64,000 bases of DNA from an uncultured Candidatus Berkelbacteria bacterium (GTDB lineage: Bacteria; Patescibacteriota; UBA1384; CAILIB01): positions 7,715-71,714 of the forward strand of contig CAILIB010000029.1 in the NCBI GenBank assembly GCA_903834195.1, read 5' to 3'. This document shows positions 28,712 to 37,478 of the stretch, piece after piece (position 1 is the stretch's first letter; each line of letters begins with the position of its first letter). Under the pieces are notes generated by a model, which saw only the letters and a list, made by a program, of their open reading frames with translations, was not told where the DNA came from and did no database searches. Made by a program: the position numbers and the translations under genes.

Positions 28712-29080
28712 CTAATCTTTAAAGTATAAATAAAATACATTGTAATTATAAAACCTCTTGACATAATTCAATTTTGCGGGTATACTGCCGTTTGTCAGTT
28801 GAAAAGGGAGTGAGTACGCAATGAACCGGCCTAAACAATTATCGGCTTGGCTTGCCTCACCCTTTTCAACAAAAGACGAGCTCATTAAAAACTCGACCAC
28901 CTGGAGGCGCTGGCGCTTTTCTAAGTCAGGTTCGATTCCTGCCGCCTCTCCAATCTTCGGCTGTCCGTTCCAGACTGCCCCTCCTTCCAGCTTATAAAAA
29001 TTTCTAAGTTGAAAGGAGGGGTCAGTGATGGAGTCTAAAAGATGCGATGCGACTTGTTCGTAACCCTCTATGTATGACAA
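28712..29080 (-). CDS. Hypothetical protein
   Basis: 122-codon ORF, no recognisable motif, start uncertain. Confidence 0.35.
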   Translation of the reverse strand: MSYIEGYEQVASHLLDSITDPSFQLRNFYKLEGGAVWNGQPKIGEAAGIEPDLEKRQRLQVVEFLMSSSFVEKGEASQADNCLGRFIAYSLPFQLTNGSIPAKLNYVKRFYNYNVFYLYFKD

Positions 29081-29097
29081 CTCATACCTGGAGCGTT

Positions 29098-29493
29098 ATG
29101 AACAAAATCGTATCCCTCATTTTCGTCACTGCCTTGGGTTTCAGCCTCATGGGATGCGATAATGCCCCGAAGCTGAACGTGCATCGCCTCGACGGCATCA
29201 CTGCCGCACAGCTTCCGGTCTCCCCCCAGGCCGAAAGCGATGAGCCGCTGGCATCAGGTGCCTTGAAGGGCCTGTACAGCATGGGGGCTGGTATCCCAAA
29301 TACCAAGGAAGTACCCGACCTTCGCGTCCGTCAGGTTACTTCGAATCGAAAGACGCGTTGCGCCGTCGAGATCATTGATAAGGATGGAAACATCCTGATG
29401 CATGAAGTCTACGATAAGCAGTTGGATGGTCAGGAAACCGCTGAGAATGATGCAGTGGAATTCGCCAACCGCTATCGACGGCGTAAAAGGTGA
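29098..29493 (+). CDS. Hypothetical lipoprotein
   Basis: GGAG SD; MNKIVSLIFVTALGFSLMGC lipoprotein signal; visibly more GC-rich than its neighbours. Confidence 0.7.
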   Translation: MNKIVSLIFVTALGFSLMGCDNAPKLNVHRLDGITAAQLPVSPQAESDEPLASGALKGLYSMGAGIPNTKEVPDLRVRQVTSNRKTRCAVEIIDKDGNILMHEVYDKQLDGQETAENDAVEFANRYRRRKR

Positions 29494-29572
29494 CCGTTTT
29501 TCCCTTCAGAGAATTGCTCGTGGCATTCTCTGCTTACCTGAGCTCCTCAACATATTGAGTGGTTCAGCGAGT

Positions 29573-29767
29573 ATGGGTAAAACCAACAAGGGCCGCGGGG
29601 TCCGTATTCCCGCCGAGTATTCTGGATTACTCGAAAACAATCCAGCGTTGGCAGCGCAGATCCGTAAAATCTACGCCGAGTTTCCGGAGTATAGAGGGAA
29701 ACCTCGCCGGGTTCTCACCACCCCGCCAACACCCGGTTCACGCCGGTATCCTTACCTTAAAAAGTAA
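29573..29767 (+). CDS. Small basic hypothetical protein (64 aa)
   Basis: MGKTNKGRGVRIPAEYSGLLENNPALAAQIRKIYAEFPEYRGKPRR...YPYLKK. Confidence 0.5.
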   Translation: MGKTNKGRGVRIPAEYSGLLENNPALAAQIRKIYAEFPEYRGKPRRVLTTPPTPGSRRYPYLKK

Positions 29768-29816
29768 GCGGAAGTAGACCGGATCTACACCCCCTGAGGC
29801 GGCGAAAGCTGTTCCT

Positions 29817-29869
29817 CTCTGTCCCCGGGTACCGGGCTGAAGAGTTGGTGAAATCCTAACGAAACAGGG
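29817..29869 (+). ncRNA. Hammerhead ribozyme, type III
   Basis: Stem III CTCTGT/ACAGGG, GTC cleavage triplet 29821-29823, stem I CCCGG/CCGGG, core CTGAAGA 29837-29843, stem II GTTGG/CTAAC opening with G-C, core GAAA 29861-29864. Confidence 0.88.
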
Positions 29870-29916
29870 TCAGATGCGCATCAGTACTGATGCAAGATCT
29901 GAAAGGAGGAAAATCG

Positions 29917-30057
29917 ATGCAGATAACAAGTGTCTATATGCCCGGCATTGGGACGCTACGCTTTCTTGATAGAAACGGGGAAACCAGATTCTACAGCAAG
30001 GAAGACCCCCGTTTGTTCTCCCTTCAACTAGATAGTCCAATTATTGGAAGCTCTTGA
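29917..30057 (+). CDS. Small hypothetical protein (46 aa), below the ORF-track cutoff
   Basis: AAAGGAGG SD; MQITSVYMPGIGTLRFLDRNGETRFYSKEDPRLFSLQLDSPIIGSS. Confidence 0.6.
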   Translation: MQITSVYMPGIGTLRFLDRNGETRFYSKEDPRLFSLQLDSPIIGSS

Positions 30058-30302
30058 GAAGCCCCATGAAAAATTAATGAAAATGAAATTAATAGATTAT
30101 GAAAGCGTATTATTTGCCCACGGACCTGGACAAATACAATAAACTATGCTACTATGTCACAGTCTTACCGTGCCATATCCTTCCATATAAATTTGCGCCT
30201 GAAACGCGCTGGTCGAAAGTAGTATGAGATTGAGGGAAGCATTATCGTAAGCGTTAGCTAACCTATTTTTATTATCTTATACTGCTCGTATATTAAACTC
30301 GT

Positions 30303-30680
30303 ATGAAGAAACTTTACATCGGCAATTTGTCGTACAACACAACTGAAGATACCATCGTTGCCTTTTTGGCATCAGTCCTTCCAGAAGGAACAGACGCTAC
30401 TACGGTTATCACCAAAGTAGAACTGATCCCTGGTGAGACTACTCCTAACAAGGGGTTTGGTTTCGCAGAAATCGCTGACGACGCGATTGCAGAAACAATG
30501 ATCCAACAGCTTGACGGTCAAGAAGTTGACGGTCGCCCACTACGTATTAACGAGGCTCGTCCAAAGACAGATCGTCCACGTACTGGTGGTGGTTACAATG
30601 GCGGCGGCGCAAGTCGTGGCGGTTATAACGGCGGTGGTTCATCATCGTCTTACGGCGGCGGAAATCGTCGTAGCTACTAA
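30303..30680 (+). CDS. RRM RNA-binding protein with Gly-rich tail
   Basis: RNP2 LYIGNL, RNP1 KGFGFAE, GRPLRINEARP, GGY repeats. Confidence 0.93.
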   Translation: MKKLYIGNLSYNTTEDTIVAFLASVLPEGTDATTVITKVELIPGETTPNKGFGFAEIADDAIAETMIQQLDGQEVDGRPLRINEARPKTDRPRTGGGYNGGGASRGGYNGGGSSSSYGGGNRRSY

Positions 30681-30700
30681 TCCCTCTGGATTAGAAAGCG

Positions 30701-30732
30701 AAAAAGAGGCTCCTCACGGAGCCTCTTTTTTT
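30701..30732 (+). terminator. Rho-independent terminator
   Basis: AAAAAGAGGCTC-CTCACG-GAGCCTCTTTTTTT. Confidence 0.9.
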
Positions 30733-30741
30733 GTTCTACGG

Positions 30742-30816
30742 AAGTAGCATATCTTTCACTGCCTCCGCATCCCGAGTACTTTCGGGGAGGACAAGTAGTG
30801 AAAAGATGTACTACTT
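30742..30816. repeat. Long hairpin, copy 3 of dispersed repeat (core inverted)
   Basis: Reverse complement of 30761-30796 is ACTTGTCCTCCCCGAAAGTACTCGGGATGCGGAGGC, 33/36 identical to 585-620; imperfect arms of about 19 bp unrelated to the other copies. Confidence 0.9.
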
Positions 30817-31041
30817 TTTCGTACGGATCATCTCAAGCTCAAGGTGAATATATCCAATCCCCATCACCACTATTCCCGCAATAAACTTTGCGAGCGGGTT
30901 ATGAAATGAATAATCGCCAAAGTAATTAAATAACCATTCAACACCACCAAGTGCAAAAATTGTTGCACCAATCAGAATAAACCCTAAGGCAACTGGGTAA
31001 AAATAAGCTTTGTCCGCTTCAAATTTGTGGTACTTGTACAT
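30811..31041 (-). CDS. Small two-TM membrane protein
   Basis: 76-aa ORF with two hydrophobic helices. Confidence 0.65.
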   Translation of the reverse strand: MYKYHKFEADKAYFYPVALGFILIGATIFALGGVEWLFNYFGDYSFHNPLAKFIAGIVVMGIGYIHLELEMIRTKK

Positions 31042-31116
31042 ACGTAATGTGTTATATATTTACCAATACTATACGCCTGCCGTAGAAAAGTACGTAATTT
31101 CTGCTACCATCTCACC

Positions 31117-32034
31117 ATGTCACTTCACAAAAACCCGCGTCGCGCTGCCCTAGTCATAAACACTCACTCTCGCAAGGCAGAGCGAACATTTTTTATGGTG
31201 TTAGATAAACTTGAAGCTGCCGGTGTCATTGTTACCGACTTGTTTCCAGTCCGTAACCCAGATCATCTTTCCAAAGCAGTTGAAAAAGCTATTGCCCAAG
31301 GCAATCAATTAATAATTATTGGTGGTGGAGATGGGACAATTAGCGCTATGTCGGGTCACTTTGTAAACCGAGATGTAACTCTCGGCATCCTACCGCTTGG
31401 CACAGCAAATAGTTTCATTAAAAGTCTTGGTATCCCGACAGGAATTGACGCAGCGATATCTGTACTAGCACAAGGCAAAGAAGAGCGAATTGATGTGGGA
31501 AGCATTAATGGAACCTACTTTGCTAACGCCCTCTCCTATGGATACACAACACTCGTTGCGTACAATACTTCCACCCGCATGAAACGTGTACTTGGAATTG
31601 CAGCGTACGCACTTGAAGGCTTTATTCAGGCGCTTCGTGCTCGCCCATTCACAATTGATGTAACGTGTGACGGAGTTGCGACACGTCTAACTACCTACCA
31701 GGCGATTGTGGCAAACGGAACGTTTTACGGACCCACAACACTGGCACGCTCGGCCACACTAAATAGTGGAAAACTCGTACTGCTTACAATGCAAAACATG
31801 CACCGCCGCACCCTCCTTCACGCATGGATTACTACCCTATTCGGCAAAAGCCTAGCAAGCCAAACAACCCTTACCATAACAGGTAAAGAAATTGAAATAA
31901 CACCAAAACCAGCTCAAGCCATTACAGTTGATGGTGAAATACTTCACGCGAATACGTTAATCCTCAAAATTCATCCAGAAGCGATTAAGGTACTCGTTCC
32001 AGCAAACTTCCAGAAGAAAAAGCGGGCCTCTTAG
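31117..32034 (+). CDS. Diacylglycerol kinase family lipid kinase (YegS/DagK-like)
   Basis: GGGDGTI, LGILPLGTANSF, VDGE. Confidence 0.92.
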   Translation: MSLHKNPRRAALVINTHSRKAERTFFMVLDKLEAAGVIVTDLFPVRNPDHLSKAVEKAIAQGNQLIIIGGGDGTISAMSGHFVNRDVTLGILPLGTANSFIKSLGIPTGIDAAISVLAQGKEERIDVGSINGTYFANALSYGYTTLVAYNTSTRMKRVLGIAAYALEGFIQALRARPFTIDVTCDGVATRLTTYQAIVANGTFYGPTTLARSATLNSGKLVLLTMQNMHRRTLLHAWITTLFGKSLASQTTLTITGKEIEITPKPAQAITVDGEILHANTLILKIHPEAIKVLVPANFQKKKRAS

Positions 32035-32327
32035 CGCCGAGGTGGACGAATACACACTCGAGCAACTCCTACAAAAAGCAGGCAAATACCCACCCAAGCT
32101 AACGTCACCCAAAGTGCAGCAGCAACGTATGGCAAACCTGCAAGTTCAAAGAAGAGTGCAAGACTCAACCCTGCAAGTACCCACAACATACAAAATGCAG
32201 CAACAACTGCAGCACCTACACCGGTAAGCAATCGGCGCAGGTACGGAGCAACCGGCGCAAAGGCACGACGAAGTGAACTTTCAATGAGATCTGGAATCTG
32301 ACTGAATAATGAATCGAAGAGAGCCAT
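32031..32327 (-). CDS. YqjE/holin-X-like small membrane protein
   Basis: Two TM helices; follows a DUF883 gene as in yqjD-yqjE. Confidence 0.55.
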   Translation of the reverse strand: MALFDSLFSQIPDLIESSLRRAFAPVAPYLRRLLTGVGAAVVAAFCMLWVLAGLSLALFFELAGLPYVAAALWVTLAWVGICLLFVGVARVCIRPPRR

Positions 32328-32330
32328 CTC

Positions 32331-32651
32331 CTACTCCTTCTTACGATTCATCATCATTACTCCAACAACTGCACCTGCAACCGCGGCAGCTACTGCGGCA
32401 ACTTGCCAAGGATTTTCTTCAACATACTCAGCCGCTTGTTTACTGAGAGTTTGCGCCTTTTTCTTAGCATCACTCCCAGCATCTTTAAGATGATCTACAA
32501 CATCCTTTACCCAAGCATCTGCAGAATCTACATACGAATCTGCAACCTCTTCAGCGTGATCGATTTTCTGTGAACTAAGCACTTTAAGCTTCTCTGCCAT
32601 ACTCGCAACTTGAGCTCGAAGTTCTTCTATCTCTTTCTGATGTTTGTCCAT
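32331..32651 (-). CDS. DUF883 (ElaB/YqjD) family tail-anchored protein
   Basis: Helical body, YVEENPW then C-terminal TM and basic tail; AAGGAG SD. Confidence 0.8.
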   Translation of the reverse strand: MDKHQKEIEELRAQVASMAEKLKVLSSQKIDHAEEVADSYVDSADAWVKDVVDHLKDAGSDAKKKAQTLSKQAAEYVEENPWQVAAVAAAVAGAVVGVMMMNRKKE

Positions 32652-32867
32652 GGTACTCCTTGGTTAGTTGTACTATACCCTAGTGCTACACCTCTGGACT
32701 CGATCCGTCAAGGAATATTATCGGCTTTCTTCAAAAAATACTCGAGACGTGCTAGAGTGTTTCTATACTCCCGATGCAAGATCTCCTTCTCAGCATATTC
32801 TCAGTATGACCTTCTTTACTTATACAGGATTCAGAACTACATCTAACCTGAATGGAATTCCACGACG

Positions 32868-33101
32868 ATGAAGCAAATTTCACTGCCAAAGATCTCAACT
32901 CGCTCATCCTTGTGGTTATTAGTGCCACTCGTTTTTACGCCTCATTTTGCCCACGCCTACCTTGATCCAAATACAGGTAGTTACGCAATTCAAATTGCCG
33001 TTGGAGCACTTTTCGGCGCAGCATACGGCTTTCGAACCTTCTCCGCCCGCGTTGTAAGTTGGTTTAAAGGAACCCGCAAGAAGAAAAATCCTGATGCCTG
33101 A
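32868..33101 (+). CDS. Small membrane protein with AHA-YLDPxTGS motif
   Basis: Signal-like N-terminus ending AHA, then YLDPNTGS, TM helix and basic tail; overlaps the next start. Confidence 0.7.
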   Translation: MKQISLPKISTRSSLWLLVPLVFTPHFAHAYLDPNTGSYAIQIAVGALFGAAYGFRTFSARVVSWFKGTRKKKNPDA

Positions 33102-34476
33102 ACGCCCTGTCCTTCCCCATCCGGCCTCGTTCCGAGATCCGAGTGGGTACATTTTTACCCAACAGGGCAGTATTTTTCGTGCAGTGTCAAAATCGTACCA
33201 ATCAGAGTACGATCTTTTGATGTCGAGTAACCTTTATGTCCACCTGATTGAACAAAACGTACTCATCCCCCACCAAGAAGTTTCGACACCAACGGTTCGA
33301 GATGCGTACAAGGTTCTCAAACCTGAAATGGTTCAGTTTATTTCTTACCCATACGAATGGTCGTTTAGTCAGCTGAAAGATGCTGCGCTTACAACCTTAG
33401 AAATTCAAACTCAGGCACTGAACCATGGCATGTCACTTAAAGATGCGAGTGCCTATAATATTCAGTTTCACAACGGCACGCCAACACTTATCGATACTCT
33501 TTCGTTTGAATCATACAAAGAGGGCCAACCTTGGGTGGCATACCGCCAGTTCTGTCAGCATTTCCTCGCTCCACTTGCTCTCATGGCGCATGTAGATCTT
33601 CGTCTTGGGACACTCTCGGCGAAATACATCGATGGCGTGCCACTCGACCTCGCAGTGAGTCTTCTTCCCGGTAAAACAAAATTCTCTCTTGGTCTTGGAA
33701 CACATATTCATCTCCATGCACGGAGCCAACACAAGTACGCTGACACATCACTCAAATCTACTCCTAAAGGTCAGTTACACAAAAACCAGTTAAACGGGTT
33801 ACTCCTTAGTTTACGATCGTCAATTTCAGCACTTACTCTGCCAAAACAGAAAACTGAGTGGGGAAATTACTACGACAACACAAACTACACCGATAACAGT
33901 CGAACGATAAAAGAAAAAACTGTACGTGAATGGATCACAGCACAGAAACCAAAAACAGTCTGGGATGCCGGTGCAAATGACGGTACATTCAGTCGACTTG
34001 CATCAGCACAGGGAATTTTTACCGTAGCAAGCGATATAGACCCGCTCGCAGTTGAGCGGTCCTATCAACATAATAAGCAAAGTGGCGAACGCTTGTTACT
34101 TCCGCTCATTATCGACCTTACCAATCCAAGTCCGGCTATTGGCTGGAGAAATACCGAGCGAGACTCATTCTTAAAGCGCGGTCAGCATGATTTAACACTC
34201 GCACTTGCTCTTATTCACCACCTAGCAATTGCAAACAACCTTCCCCTGGAACACATTGCTGATTTCTTCCATTCTCAAACCAAGAATCTTATTATTGAGT
34301 TCGTTCCCAAAGAAGATTCAAACACTCAACGCCTTCTTAGCGCACGAGAAGATATTTTCCCGAACTATACTGTTGAAGGTTTTGAGAAAGCGTTTAGCAC
34401 TCACTTCACCACCAAAAAACGTCTAAAAATTAAAGATAGTAGCCGCATACTCTATCTATTAGAGTCAAAGCCGTAA
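33094..34476 (+). CDS. NoeA-like SAM-dependent methyltransferase with kinase-like N-terminal domain
   Basis: SFRDPSG, SYPYEWSF, LKDASAYNIQF, IDTLSF; C-terminal WDAGANDG.FS and LALIHHL. Confidence 0.8.
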   Translation: MPERPVLPHPASFRDPSGYIFTQQGSIFRAVSKSYQSEYDLLMSSNLYVHLIEQNVLIPHQEVSTPTVRDAYKVLKPEMVQFISYPYEWSFSQLKDAALTTLEIQTQALNHGMSLKDASAYNIQFHNGTPTLIDTLSFESYKEGQPWVAYRQFCQHFLAPLALMAHVDLRLGTLSAKYIDGVPLDLAVSLLPGKTKFSLGLGTHIHLHARSQHKYADTSLKSTPKGQLHKNQLNGLLLSLRSSISALTLPKQKTEWGNYYDNTNYTDNSRTIKEKTVREWITAQKPKTVWDAGANDGTFSRLASAQGIFTVASDIDPLAVERSYQHNKQSGERLLLPLIIDLTNPSPAIGWRNTERDSFLKRGQHDLTLALALIHHLAIANNLPLEHIADFFHSQTKNLIIEFVPKEDSNTQRLLSAREDIFPNYTVEGFEKAFSTHFTTKKRLKIKDSSRILYLLESKP

Positions 34477-36245
34477 TGCGCTCGTTTCGAAAAATTCTTA
34501 CCCCCGAAACCCGGCTTGGATCATGGGTTCGACTCTGGATTCCGATGTTTATGTTGGCCATTTTTGATGTTCTCGCTGCGTGGCAAGATAATCGATACCA
34601 AGTCTTTGCTGTAGATCTCGTTATACCAATCATCCTCTGCGTTCTCATTGCCAGTATCACAAGTTTGATATTCATTAAAACCTATCGCCGTGAACCCCTT
34701 ACTGGTTTTATTGGTGCAAGCATTGCAACGCTCCTCTTTTCTGGTGATTTCGAAAGTAGGGTAAGCAGTGTTTCATCGATCCTAAAAGCATTTAATCCAA
34801 TTCATCAGCTCTATTCCTGGGAAAGCGTAGTGTATGCGATTATTTTTGCTACTCTCTGCGTATTCCTAAGCCTTTGGATTGGAAGAAAAGTAAACAATTT
34901 CTGGATTCATAAAAACTGGAGCATACCTAACTTTCTCGGTGGAGTTACTGTTACAATTGGAGTAATCTTTGCCCTACAAGCACTTCCCGTTATCTTTTCA
35001 ATTGGCTCCGAATGGCAGCAATTTAGTTATATACCGCCTGCACTTCCAAATACTGCCCATGTCACATCTGACAAGGGTAAACCTGATATCTACTACATCG
35101 TACTAGATAGATACGCCAGTCAGAGCGTATTACAGAATCAATTTGGTTATGACAATTCAAAATTCATTTCTTTCCTGCATGATCAGGGTTTTTCGGTAGA
35201 CCCAAATGCCCACCAAAACTACCCGTACACAACCATGTCCATTGCTTCAACAATGAACGCCAATTATCTGACCGATATTGTTCAACGTTTTGGAGGGAGT
35301 AGTAACCAAACAATTGATCCTTTTCATCAAGCAATTCGAAACGGGGCAGTTATTCAACAACTCAAGTCACTTGGGTACACCTACGATGAGCTCGGTAGCT
35401 GGTATGAAGCGAGTAACTTCTCACCTCTTGCAGACAAACTCTTTCAGCCCGATGAACAGCTCACTATTTTTGGAGAGACGTTGACGGTAAACACGTTCAC
35501 CCGCAACGCACTTACCTCAAGTATATTCTGGCGATTCCTTCAGCACGGGCTTTCGTTTGGGAACACCGACGTTCTCACCTACAACACAATTAACGAAGTG
35601 AGCGCCACACAGTATAAACTAAGCACACTCCACACTCTTGCCACCCAGGCCAGTGGTGGACGCTTCATTTTTGCCCATATTCTTGTGCCTCATGACCCCT
35701 ACTACTTTAATGCCGACGGTTCGCTTAATCCGAATGGTGGTAATGACAATGTAGGAGAGCAAATCAAACAAAAGTACGTCAACCAAGTTGAGTACATAAA
35801 TTCACAAATCACCAGCGTGATCACGGATATTAATACAGCAAGCAAGGGGAATGCTGTAGTGATTGTACAATCTGACGAAGGGCCATATCCAAATTTCCTC
35901 AACGACAACGATTCAGACGGTACAGCAGTAGACGAAGAACTTGCCTCTGGTAGCATGCTCGACTGGTCCAATCTCGATCTCCAAATGAAATACGGCAACT
36001 TGGCAGCATATAAAGTTCCCGCAGCAACACCTGAAGCAATTCAAAATGGCGGCGATAACGTTAACATCTTCCGTGTTGTTTTAAATAGCTACTTTAATGA
36101 CACTCTTCAGTATTTACCACATTGCTACTACGGCTATAAAAATGGCCGTGAAGAATCATTTAACTTCACGAACATTAACCAGCAATTAACTGGTTCAACT
36201 AATCCTGCCTGCGCGCCGGATAGTAATTTTAGTAAAAAATTCTAA
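34476..36245 (+). CDS. Membrane-anchored sulfatase/alkaline-phosphatase-superfamily protein
   Basis: About 5 N-terminal TMs, PDIYYIVLDRY, FIFAHILVPHDPY, IVQSDEG. Confidence 0.8.
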   Translation: MRSFRKILTPETRLGSWVRLWIPMFMLAIFDVLAAWQDNRYQVFAVDLVIPIILCVLIASITSLIFIKTYRREPLTGFIGASIATLLFSGDFESRVSSVSSILKAFNPIHQLYSWESVVYAIIFATLCVFLSLWIGRKVNNFWIHKNWSIPNFLGGVTVTIGVIFALQALPVIFSIGSEWQQFSYIPPALPNTAHVTSDKGKPDIYYIVLDRYASQSVLQNQFGYDNSKFISFLHDQGFSVDPNAHQNYPYTTMSIASTMNANYLTDIVQRFGGSSNQTIDPFHQAIRNGAVIQQLKSLGYTYDELGSWYEASNFSPLADKLFQPDEQLTIFGETLTVNTFTRNALTSSIFWRFLQHGLSFGNTDVLTYNTINEVSATQYKLSTLHTLATQASGGRFIFAHILVPHDPYYFNADGSLNPNGGNDNVGEQIKQKYVNQVEYINSQITSVITDINTASKGNAVVIVQSDEGPYPNFLNDNDSDGTAVDEELASGSMLDWSNLDLQMKYGNLAAYKVPAATPEAIQNGGDNVNIFRVVLNSYFNDTLQYLPHCYYGYKNGREESFNFTNINQQLTGSTNPACAPDSNFSKKF

Positions 36246-36814
36246 ACCTGACACTCAGCGTGACGGAAACAGGTTACAAGGTGATCATTCACCAAGCCAG
36301 CACCCTGCATAAAGGCGTAGCAAATAGTTGATCCACAGAACTTAAATCCCCGCTTTTTTAGATCCGCAGCAAGGGCATCAGATTCTGGTGACGTCGCCGC
36401 AACATGTGAGTTCTCTCTATTCTGATTAACACGAGGATTTCCTCCGACAAATCTCCAGATATAGTTTGAAAAACTACCAAATTCTTTTTGGATTTCTATA
36501 AAGTGCTGAGCGTTGGTCACCATAGCTTTTAGTTTAAGACGATTACGAATAATCCCTTTCTCCTGCATCAAGCGAAGCACATCTTCATCAGTAAATCGTG
36601 CAACTTTTTCAACTTCAAAGTGTGCAAATTCTCGTCGCATATTTTCACGCTTATCCAAGACTATCTTCCAACTTAAACCGGCCTGCATTGTATCGAGCAC
36701 TACATACTCAAATAAGATTTTATCGTCATGCTGTGGCATTCCCCACTCAGTATCGTGGTAGGCCACCATTAACTCGTCTGATCCTGGCCAACTGCACCTG
36801 ATACGCTCACTCAT
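36242..36814 (-). CDS. tag: DNA-3-methyladenine glycosylase I
   Basis: RCSW..YHDTEWG, QAGLSW, IIRNRLK, NDHLVTC. Confidence 0.94.
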   Translation of the reverse strand: MSERIRCSWPGSDELMVAYHDTEWGMPQHDDKILFEYVVLDTMQAGLSWKIVLDKRENMRREFAHFEVEKVARFTDEDVLRLMQEKGIIRNRLKLKAMVTNAQHFIEIQKEFGSFSNYIWRFVGGNPRVNQNRENSHVAATSPESDALAADLKKRGFKFCGSTICYAFMQGAGLVNDHLVTCFRHAECQV

Positions 36815-36892
36815 ACATAGTTCTGTTACGGTTCTAATGTCAGTGTACAACTTCAATAAAAAAAGAGAAGCTCGAAATATGGTATCCGAGCC

Positions 36893-37411
36893 TCATGATG
36901 TGTATCCCTTTCCAAGGATCATATCTACAGTTACTTCTTCTTCAAGGAGGTCTGCCTGACGATATGCCGCAACCCAAGCAGTATGAATCTTATTTTCTTG
37001 ATTTTGCTGCTCAATTAAGTCCTTCTTCATCCAGTACTTTCGGTACTGTTTATAATGAAAAATAACCTCCCCAAACTTCTGTGTTTGGCACATATACAAT
37101 ACGTACACAAAGGTCGACCGTCCCAGAATCTTGTATCGACCCCAGGCATAGTGCCCATGTAATGCTGTATCAAATAGGATTACACCTAGAGCTACCAAGG
37201 CAGGTATCTGCTCACTTTTGTCACAGCAAAAAGCATAGGAAAGCCAAAACAAATCGGTCGATACGAAAATGAAAGTAATCGTGATCCAAGTCCGCAACTC
37301 TAGAAATCTGCGCGCAACAGTTGGACCGTCAACTATATCCCTTTTAACCACACGAAGTGGTCGTTTTTTAATGAACAATTTCCACCTCTTTTGATGATTG
37401 AAAGATAGCAA
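36893..37411 (-). CDS. Hypothetical membrane protein
   Basis: 172-codon ORF with two hydrophobic segments; start uncertain. Confidence 0.5.
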   Translation of the reverse strand: MLSFNHQKRWKLFIKKRPLRVVKRDIVDGPTVARRFLELRTWITITFIFVSTDLFWLSYAFCCDKSEQIPALVALGVILFDTALHGHYAWGRYKILGRSTFVYVLYMCQTQKFGEVIFHYKQYRKYWMKKDLIEQQNQENKIHTAWVAAYRQADLLEEEVTVDMILGKGYTS

Positions 37412-37425
37412 TATCTCTCTGGAAA

Positions 37426-37460
37426 TACAAACAAACCCGACACTTTCGTGCCGGGTTTGT
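37426..37460 (-). terminator. Rho-independent terminator
   Basis: Minus strand ACAAACCCGGCAC-GAAA-GTGTCGGGTTTGT-TTGTA. Confidence 0.7.
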
Positions 37461-37478
37461 ACATTCTAAAGAGGAAAA

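Noticed and set aside
32031..32327. Holin-like gene as evidence of a prophage
   Set aside because: Context is the yqjD-yqjE-like pair; no phage structural, lysin or integrase genes in the window
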